From contig OY969934.1 of NCBI GenBank assembly GCA_963704725.1, positions 32,001-96,000 of the forward strand: 64,000 nt of DNA, given 5' to 3'. A program made the translations under genes and the position numbers. Positions 57,207 to 64,000 of this stretch are shown one piece after another. A model generated the notes under the pieces. It saw only the letters and a program-made list of their open reading frames with translations. It was not told the DNA's origin and did no database searches. The DNA is from an uncultured Actinomycetes bacterium (GTDB taxonomy: Bacteria; Actinomycetota; UBA4738; HRBIN12). Numbering within the stretch: position 1 is the first letter of the stretch; each line of letters opens with the position of its first letter.

Positions 57207-58054
57207 CCCGCGTGGCGTTCCTCGGACTGGGGGCCATGGGGCGGCCGATGGCCGGCCGGCTCCTGGCGGCGGGCCACGACCTCCGGGTCTGGAACCGGAC
57301 GCCGGCACGGGCCGACGAGCTCGTCGCGTCGGGTGCGGCCCGGGCGGCGACCCCGGCGGAGGCGACGCGCGACGCCGAGGTCGTGATCACGATGCTCGCC
57401 GACCCGGCGGCCCTTCGGGACGTCCTGATCGGCCCCGGAGGCGTCGCCGAGACGATCGCGCCGGAGGCAACGCTCGTCGAGATGTCCACCGTCGGCCCCG
57501 GTGCGATCCGGGAGGCCGCCGAGTCGCTGCGACCGGTCGCCGTCGTCGATGCGCCGGTGCTCGGGAGCGTCCCGCACGCCGAGAGCGGCACCCTGACGAT
57601 CCTGGCGGGAGGCGACCCCATCGTGATCCGGCGTCATCTGGAGCTGCTCGGCGCGATGGGCTCCGTCCGCCACGTGGGCGCCTCCGGAGCCGGCGCCGCG
57701 CTGAAGCTCGCCAACAACGCCGCGGTGATGTCCGCGCTCGTGGGCCTGGGGGAGGTCCTCGCGTTCACCGACCGGCTGGGGATCGATCCCGAGGTCGCGC
57801 TCGACGGCATGAGCCAGGGACCCATGGCCTCGCTCATCGAGCGCTGGCGCGACAAGATCACCGGCAAGGTCAGCCGGGTCGACTTCAGGCTGGCCTTGGC
57901 CCGCAAGGATCTCGGGCTCGCGATCGACGAGGGCGCCGGGGTCGGCGTCTCGCTGTCCGTCCCCGCCGCAGCCGTGGCGCGATGCGATGAGGCGATCGCC
58001 GGAGGCAGGGCGGACGACGACAACACGGCCGTGGTCGCGGCGGTGCGAGGCTGA
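57203..58054 (+). CDS. Beta-hydroxyacid (3-hydroxyisobutyrate-type) dehydrogenase
   Basis: FLGLGAMG.PMA, WNRT, EMST, DAPVLG, KLANN, KDL; ATGA-coupled to RidA gene. Confidence 0.92.
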   Translation: MTRVAFLGLGAMGRPMAGRLLAAGHDLRVWNRTPARADELVASGAARAATPAEATRDAEVVITMLADPAALRDVLIGPGGVAETIAPEATLVEMSTVGPGAIREAAESLRPVAVVDAPVLGSVPHAESGTLTILAGGDPIVIRRHLELLGAMGSVRHVGASGAGAALKLANNAAVMSALVGLGEVLAFTDRLGIDPEVALDGMSQGPMASLIERWRDKITGKVSRVDFRLALARKDLGLAIDEGAGVGVSLSVPAAAVARCDEAIAGGRADDDNTAVVAAVRG

Positions 58055-58116
58055 ACGCGCCGGTTGCCCGGCCTCGGATTCGACAGGAGACCCCGTGGCG
58101 GGATAGAACCTCCCCG

Positions 58117-59478
58117 GTGGATGCCGGACGTGGAGATTCGCGTCCGGGGGCTCGCCGCCGCTGGCCGTTCTTCGATCTCGCCTCCGAGGGCATGCTGCTC
58201 GTGGGGCCGGGCGATGGCGTTGTCGTCGCTGTGAACGACGCCTGGTGTGAGCTCACCGGATACGAACGCGCCGAGGTCGAAGGGCGGGCGTGGTCCGACC
58301 TCGCCCTCACCGCGGCTTCGGATCCCCAGGAGGAGCACGACCCCTCGTCGACGCGCCGGGAGGTGGAGCTGCGCACCCGCTCGGGAGAGTTCCGCATCGT
58401 CGACGAGCGCGCCAGACCGGTCGAGGTCGACGGCGAGCCGCTCCTGCTTCGAAGCATCACCGACCTGACTCACGAGCGGCAGCTCCTGGTCGAGCTCGAG
58501 CGCAGCCGGGCCGACCTGGCCAGAGCTCAGGCCATCTCCCGGACCGGGAGCTTCGTGTTCGACCTGCGGACCAACGAGGTCCTGCCCTCGGACGAGCTTC
58601 TCCGACTGCTCTCGATCGACTCGGCCACGTTCGACGGGACGCTCGCCGACGCGCTCGAGCGGATCCACCCCGACGACGTGCCGACGATCGCATCGACGAT
58701 CGACCACATCCTGCAGGATCGCGTCGTCCCCTCCGTCCTGATCCGTGTGCTCGGACCCGGGGACGAGATCCGGTGGGTCCAGGCGCAGGGCGAGCTGGAG
58801 GTCGACCCGGAGGGTGCGCCGATGCGCGTGGTCGGCACGGCCCAGGAGGTCACCGAGCGGGTCCTGCTCGAGGAGGAGGCCCGGCGCCTGCTCGCCCGGG
58901 TGGTCGAGATGCGGGAGGCCGATCGGCGGGAGGTGGCCGAGATCCTGCAGGACGGCCTCCTGCAGATGCTCTCGGCGCTCCTGCTCCGGCTCGACCTCAT
59001 CGGCTCCCGGATCGCCGCGCACGACGCCCAGGAGCTCGCGCGCGTCACCGAGGCCGTCCGCGGATCGATGCAGCGGGTTCGACAGGTGGTCTTCGACCTC
59101 CGGCCGACCGCACTCGACCACGGTGTCGGTCCCGCAGTGGAGGAGCTCGCGGCGCGGATGCTCGCCGCCTGGGATCTCGAGGTGCACGTCGAGGACGCTG
59201 CAGGCGTCGCGCTGTCCGACGAAGCCCGCTCGGTCGCGTACCGATTCGTGCGCGAGGCGCTGGCCGCGCTCGCGCCGGGGACGGCCCAGGTGCGCGTCGT
59301 GTGGGAGGACGGTCTCCTCGTCGAGGTGTGCCACCGCGGCCGGGGTCGCCTCGCCGACGCCGACCGGCCCCTGCTGGAGGAGGTCGCGGAGCTCGCCGGC
59401 GGCACGCTCGACGTCCGGAGCAACGGCGAGACCTGCCTCCGGCTGCGACTGCCCGATCCACGCCCGCTCTCGGTGTAG
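58117..59478 (+). CDS. Soluble PAS-PAS protein with degenerate HisKA_3/HATPase domains
   Basis: VND..CELTGY...E..G; IHPDD, RWV...G; EILQDG at H-box; LRPTALD; degenerate N and G boxes. Confidence 0.8.
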   Translation: MDAGRGDSRPGARRRWPFFDLASEGMLLVGPGDGVVVAVNDAWCELTGYERAEVEGRAWSDLALTAASDPQEEHDPSSTRREVELRTRSGEFRIVDERARPVEVDGEPLLLRSITDLTHERQLLVELERSRADLARAQAISRTGSFVFDLRTNEVLPSDELLRLLSIDSATFDGTLADALERIHPDDVPTIASTIDHILQDRVVPSVLIRVLGPGDEIRWVQAQGELEVDPEGAPMRVVGTAQEVTERVLLEEEARRLLARVVEMREADRREVAEILQDGLLQMLSALLLRLDLIGSRIAAHDAQELARVTEAVRGSMQRVRQVVFDLRPTALDHGVGPAVEELAARMLAAWDLEVHVEDAAGVALSDEARSVAYRFVREALAALAPGTAQVRVVWEDGLLVEVCHRGRGRLADADRPLLEEVAELAGGTLDVRSNGETCLRLRLPDPRPLSV

Positions 59479-59508
59479 CCGGGCCGGCGGGCCCCTACCA
59501 TCGCTCGT

Positions 59509-60966
59509 ATGGAGGGAACGCTCGGCCGGGCCCGCGGGGCGCTCCGAAGCCCCGACTTTCGCCGGCTGTTCGCGATCCGCCTCGTCTCGCAGTCGGCCGA
59601 CGGGCTGTTCCAGGCCGCGCTGGTGGCCTCGGTCGTGTTCTCGCCCACGGACCAAAGCACCACGACCGGGTTCGCCATCGCCACCCTGGTCGTCTCCCTC
59701 CCCTTCTCGGTCCTCGGCCCGTTCACCGGCGTGTTCATCGACCGGTGGTCGCGCCGCCGGATCCTGATCGTCGCGCCGCTGCTCCGGGTGGCCCTCGTGT
59801 GGCTGGTCCTGTTCGAGCCTGAGACCGCCGCGCTCCCGTTCTACCTGGGCGCGCTGTGGGTGCTGTCCGTCAACCGGTTCTACCTCTCGACGGCGGTGGC
59901 CGTGGTACCCCGACTGGTGCCGATCGAGGACCTGCTCATCGCCAACTCGATCTCGATCGTCGGGGGTACGGTCGCGTTGCTCGTCGGCGTCTTCGTCGGC
60001 GGCTGGCTCCACGATCTCGCGGGGGGGAACACGCCGGTGATCGCCCTGGCGGGAGCGCAGTGGCTGATCGCCTCCGGGATCGCCGCCCGGATCGGCTCAC
60101 CGCTCGTTCCGCACCAGCTGCCCGAGGCGCCGATGCGCGACGAGCTGCGGCGTGTCGCGCACGAGTTCGCCGACGGCGCGTCGCGGCTGTTCCACACGCC
60201 GCGAGCGCTCGGACCCATCGTCTCGATCACGCTCGACCAGATGGGGCAGGGGATCATCCTGGTCCTGTCGCTGTTCTTCTTCCGGGAGCAGTACAAGCAG
60301 GGCGTGGCCTCGTTCTCGAACCTGATCGGCGCCGGGGGCGTCGGCGTGCTGGTCGGGATCTTCACCGTCGGCAAGCTCGAGGAGCGCTTCGCCAAGGAGC
60401 GCATCGTCGCCGGGTCGTTCGCGATCGGCGGCCTGGTGCTCGTCGCCCTCTCGCTCGCCATCACGCAGTGGACGGTGCTCCTGGCGAGCTTCGGCGTCGG
60501 CCTGACGTTCGCGTGGAAGAAGATCCCGGTCGACACGTTGGTGCAGGAGGCCGTGCCCGACGGGTACCGGGGCCGGGTCTTCGCCGTGTACGACGTGTCC
60601 TACAACCTGTCGCGCGTGGTCGCCGCGTTCCTGGCCATCCCGATGCTGCCCGCCCTGGGCGAGGCCTGGTCCGTCGCCGTGGTCGGTGTCGCGTTCGTGC
60701 TGTGGTCGCCCGTGCTCCCCCGCTGGATCGGGCGCTCCCCGGGCATCCGCATCCGGTTCTACGAGGGGGCGAGGGCGGAGGAGGAGCCCCGCGCCGTCGT
60801 GTGGGGGGGCGTGGAGGAAGACGTCGAGGTGGAGCGGCGGTGGCTCGACGAGCGCGACGGGGAGCGGCGCATGCGGTACCGCCTCGCCATGCGCGACGGA
60901 ACCGTCATCGACGTGTCGAAGGCGGAGTCCGAGTCCGACTGGCGACTGGACCGCGAGTCGGACTAG
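59509..60966 (+). CDS. MFS transporter with fused C-terminal soluble domain
   Basis: G.FIDRWSRR motif A, VPD.YRGRVF..YD; hydrophilic 74-aa tail. Confidence 0.88.
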   Translation: MEGTLGRARGALRSPDFRRLFAIRLVSQSADGLFQAALVASVVFSPTDQSTTTGFAIATLVVSLPFSVLGPFTGVFIDRWSRRRILIVAPLLRVALVWLVLFEPETAALPFYLGALWVLSVNRFYLSTAVAVVPRLVPIEDLLIANSISIVGGTVALLVGVFVGGWLHDLAGGNTPVIALAGAQWLIASGIAARIGSPLVPHQLPEAPMRDELRRVAHEFADGASRLFHTPRALGPIVSITLDQMGQGIILVLSLFFFREQYKQGVASFSNLIGAGGVGVLVGIFTVGKLEERFAKERIVAGSFAIGGLVLVALSLAITQWTVLLASFGVGLTFAWKKIPVDTLVQEAVPDGYRGRVFAVYDVSYNLSRVVAAFLAIPMLPALGEAWSVAVVGVAFVLWSPVLPRWIGRSPGIRIRFYEGARAEEEPRAVVWGGVEEDVEVERRWLDERDGERRMRYRLAMRDGTVIDVSKAESESDWRLDRESD

Positions 60967-62240
60967 GCCGGGAGTGCGTCCGCCGCCGGCTCGGGCCCCA
61001 CCGGGGCGAGCTCCGCAGACCCGCGGGACTCCCGCCGCGCGACGAGCCACAGTCCGACGATCCCGGTCACGACGGCGATCACGCCGCCGCCGGCGAACCC
61101 GGCCCGCGCGCCGAAGCGCTCGGCGACCCAGCCCGCGACGGGACCGCCGATCGGCGTCGAACCCAGGAACACGATCCCGTAGAGCGCCATCACCCGGCCG
61201 CGCATGTCGGGGCGCGCCGTGAGCTGGAGGGTGGCGTTCGCGGTGATGAAGAAGACGATCGACGCGATCCCGAGCGGGACCATCGACACCACGGCGAGGT
61301 CGAGGGTCGGCGCGATCGCGACGAGCGTCGTCACCACGCCGACGACCGCGGCCGAGATCGCCAGGCGGCGCTCGCCGAAGCCGCTCCGTCCGGCCATGAC
61401 GAGCGCCCCCAGGAGCGATCCGACGCCGGTGACCGAGAAGAGCAGGCCGAGCGTGCCGGCGTCGCCGCCGAAGGTCCGACGAGCGAACAGCGGCATCAGC
61501 ACCGTGTAGTTGAACGTGAACAGGAACAGGACCGACATCAGCAGGAGCGGCCGGCGCAGCTCGCCGGTCCCCCATACGTACCGCAGGCCCTTGCGGATCG
61601 CGCCGGCCTCCCGCGGCGCCCGCAACGGACGGAGCTCGGCGGGGCGCATGGCGAGCAGACCGGCGATCACGCCCAGGTACGAGACGGCGTTGACGAGGAA
61701 GCACCACTGCATCCCGACGCCGTGGATCAGCAGGCCGGCCAGCGCCGGACCCACGATCCTCGTGCCGGTCATCACGGCGCTGTTGAGGCTGACCGCGTTC
61801 GTCAGGTCCCGCGGCTCGACCATCTCGGCGAAGAAGCTCTGCCGCGTGGGCTGGTCGATCGACGTCACCACGCCCTGCAGGAAGGACAGCGAGTAGACCA
61901 TCCACAGCTCGACGACGCCGGCCGCCACCAACCCCCACAGCGCCAGCGCGAGCAGGCCAAACGCGACCTGCGTGGCGAGGAGGATCCGCCGCTTGTCGTG
62001 GCCGTCCGCGAACGCCCCGCCCAGCGATCCGAACAGCAGCATCGGGCCGAAGGCGAGCGCCGTGTCGATGCCGAGCGCCACGCCACTGCCGGTGAGACGG
62101 AACACCAACCACGCCGCGGCGACCATCTGCATCCAGGTTCCGCTGACCGAGACGGCCTGGCCGATGAAGAACAGGCGGAAGTTCCGGGAGTGCCCGATCG
62201 AGTGGAACGTGCGGTGGACGACGCGGCGGACGGGACTCAC
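60963..62240 (-). CDS. MFS transporter (MFS_3 type)
   Basis: NFRLFF.GQ..S..GTWMQ, D.PTRQSF, NAV.LNS, RIVGPA, MRGRVM; GTGA-coupled to MarR. Confidence 0.92.
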   Translation of the reverse strand: MSPVRRVVHRTFHSIGHSRNFRLFFIGQAVSVSGTWMQMVAAAWLVFRLTGSGVALGIDTALAFGPMLLFGSLGGAFADGHDKRRILLATQVAFGLLALALWGLVAAGVVELWMVYSLSFLQGVVTSIDQPTRQSFFAEMVEPRDLTNAVSLNSAVMTGTRIVGPALAGLLIHGVGMQWCFLVNAVSYLGVIAGLLAMRPAELRPLRAPREAGAIRKGLRYVWGTGELRRPLLLMSVLFLFTFNYTVLMPLFARRTFGGDAGTLGLLFSVTGVGSLLGALVMAGRSGFGERRLAISAAVVGVVTTLVAIAPTLDLAVVSMVPLGIASIVFFITANATLQLTARPDMRGRVMALYGIVFLGSTPIGGPVAGWVAERFGARAGFAGGGVIAVVTGIVGLWLVARRESRGSAELAPVGPEPAADALPA

Positions 62241-62677
62241 GACTGACCCTCGGTGAGCCGCTCCAGGAGGCCCGCCGCGGCCTCGAGCGTGTCGATCTCC
62301 CCCGGCTCCAGCGACCGAAGGGCCTTCGCCAGGTAGGCCTCCTTGCGGCGCCGGCTCCGATCGAGGAGGCGCCGGCCCTCGGCCGTGACCCGCACCCAGA
62401 CCACCCGGCGGTCCGCGGGATCGTGCTCTCGGACGACGAGACCGACCTCGACGAGCGCGGCCACGACCCGCGTCAGGGTCGGCGGCTGGACCTGTTCGGC
62501 CCCGCACAGCTCGCGCATCGTGAGGGGCCCCAGCCGGTCCGCCGACGACAGCGCGGACAGCATCGTCGGCGTGATGCCGGTCTCGGCCTGCTGCCGCAGC
62601 CGTCGCGCGAGCCGCGTGACGCCCAGGCGGAGCCGGGCGGCCAGGGCGGCGGTGTCTGCGGGGGCGGTGGTCGTCAC
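62237..62677 (-). CDS. MarR family regulator
   Basis: RL.RRLR, EL...EQV.PPT.TR.V..L...GLV.R..DP.DRR....T.EG; TATCCT 7 bp before GTG. Confidence 0.92.
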   Translation of the reverse strand: MTTTAPADTAALAARLRLGVTRLARRLRQQAETGITPTMLSALSSADRLGPLTMRELCGAEQVQPPTLTRVVAALVEVGLVVREHDPADRRVVWVRVTAEGRRLLDRSRRRKEAYLAKALRSLEPGEIDTLEAAAGLLERLTEGQS

Positions 62678-62690
62678 GATCCGCAGGATA

Positions 62691-62717
62691 CTACGCAATG
62701 CTAATTAGCGCAGCGAA
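62691..62717. promoter_or_regulatory. MarR operator candidate
   Basis: Palindrome GCTAATTAGC at 62700-62709 just upstream of the MarR -10. Confidence 0.5.
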
Positions 62718-62820
62718 GGACTCCGCCGCACCGGCCGGATCCCCGACCGACGGGAACCGAGGGCGTGCGCCTCGCGTCGGCTCGGTGGCGGGGGTGCCAC
62801 ACTCGATCCCGGAGGTCCGG

Positions 62821-63597
62821 ATGGGACGACCACGATCGATCCTGCTGCTGCTGATGCTCCTGGCGTCGGCCTGCACCGCGTCGAGCGCCGCCGATCACGC
62901 CCGCCCCGCTGCGACGGCGTCACCCTCGCCGCCGTCGAGCGCGTCCCCGTCCCCGTCGCCGTCCCCGGCGGTGCCGGAGACCGCAGAGGCGGCTCGGACC
63001 CGGTTCGGGGGCCGGGTCTCGGCGCTGCCCGGACCCATCGCCGACGAGATGCGCGGGACGACCTGGAAGCCGGGCTGCCCCGTCCCCCTGCAGGACCTGC
63101 GACTCCTTCGCTTCAACTACTGGACCCCGCGCGGCGACGTGGAGCGCGGACCGATGGTCGTCAACGCCTCGGTCGCGACCGACGTGCTCTGGGTGTTCCG
63201 GCGGCTGTTCGAGGCTCGGTTCCCGCTGCAGCGCGTCGGCCTGGCGCGGGGGTTCCGCGAGTCGCGACTTGAGACGCACCCCGACACGAGGCGGAGCGTG
63301 ACGGCGTCGTTCAACTGCCGCCCCGTCGTGACGCCTGCCGGCGCGGGCGACGAGTTCTCCCAGCATTCCTACGGCCTTGCCGTCGACGTGAACCCCCTGC
63401 AGAACCCGTTCGTGCGCACCGACGGGTGGGTCCGCAACCGGTTCGCGCGCCCGTTCGTCGACCGCTCGCGGTACCGGCCCGGCATGGTCCACGACGGCGA
63501 CGTCGTCGTGCGGTCGTTCGCGGCCATCGGGTGGGAGTGGGGCGGGCGCTGGAGCGGCGACCGAGACTACATGCACTTCTCACTGCTCGGCCGCTGA
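62821..63597 (+). CDS. M15 family metallopeptidase lipoprotein
   Basis: Lipobox ASAC, SP-rich linker, GCPV, FNCR, SQHSYG.A.D.NP..NP, WGG.W....DY.HF; GGAGG RBS. Confidence 0.9.
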   Translation: MGRPRSILLLLMLLASACTASSAADHARPAATASPSPPSSASPSPSPSPAVPETAEAARTRFGGRVSALPGPIADEMRGTTWKPGCPVPLQDLRLLRFNYWTPRGDVERGPMVVNASVATDVLWVFRRLFEARFPLQRVGLARGFRESRLETHPDTRRSVTASFNCRPVVTPAGAGDEFSQHSYGLAVDVNPLQNPFVRTDGWVRNRFARPFVDRSRYRPGMVHDGDVVVRSFAAIGWEWGGRWSGDRDYMHFSLLGR

Positions 63598-63610
63598 GAT
63601 ACTCGGCCCC

Positions 63611-64000
63611 GTGCCGCGGGACTGGGACGCCGCGACGTACGACAGGATCGCCGACCCGATGTTCCGATGGGGCGGCATCGTGGTCGGCCGCCTCGAGCTG
63701 GAGGGCCAGGAGACCGTGCTCGACGCCGGCTGCGGTTCGGGGCGGGTCACGGAGCTCCTCGTCGAGCGACTCCCTCGAGGGCGTGTCGTGGCCCTCGACG
63801 GTTCGCCCTCGATGCTCGAGGGGGCCCGGGGCCGGCTCCGGCGCTTCGGCGACCGGGTCGAGTTCGTCCTGGCCGACCTGGCCCTGCCACTCCCGCTCGA
63901 CCGGCCGGTCGACGCGATCCTGTCCACCGCGACGTTCCACTGGGTCCGGGACCACGACGCGCTGTTCCACAACCTCGCCGCGGTGCTTCGGCCGGGCGGG
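63611..64000 (+). CDS. SAM-dependent methyltransferase (trans-aconitate methyltransferase-like), runs off window
   Basis: Not in ORF track; manual translation VPRDWDAATYDRI...VLDAGCGSGRVT...VVALDGS...STATFHWV.DH. Confidence 0.88.
   Translation, partial: MPRDWDAATYDRIADPMFRWGGIVVGRLELEGQETVLDAGCGSGRVTELLVERLPRGRVVALDGSPSMLEGARGRLRRFGDRVEFVLADLALPLPLDRPVDAILSTATFHWVRDHDALFHNLAAVLRPGG

Overview
A GC-rich (roughly 70%+ by eye), densely coded chromosomal window that looks actinobacterial (typA, PadR-ino1, PAC2, MMPL, MprAB-like two-component system, SigG-like ECF, many leaderless-type starts). I call about 70 real CDS; most long ORFs in the track are antisense or alternate-frame shadows. I saw no rRNA, tRNA, CRISPR array, transposase or integrase. 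All product calls come from motif recognition, not database searches. Most notable: (1) a three-gene flavinylation-type operon (small Arg-rich/TM protein ending in SGGS, signal-less ApbE, 4-His MsrQ-like cytochrome) sitting inside an apparent MprAB-like regulon marked by 11-bp-periodic TCTCAG arrays at four loci; (2) a tandem ECF locus with a repeat-tailed anti-sigma followed by a sigma/anti-sigma/TM fusion; (3) a STAS gene overlapping a SigG-like gene tail-to-tail with a SigG-type promoter; (4) a PAS histidine pseudokinase; (5) a signal-less M6 protease with a long structured leader and a small partner gene; (6) small unannotated proteins around a cold-shock gene.
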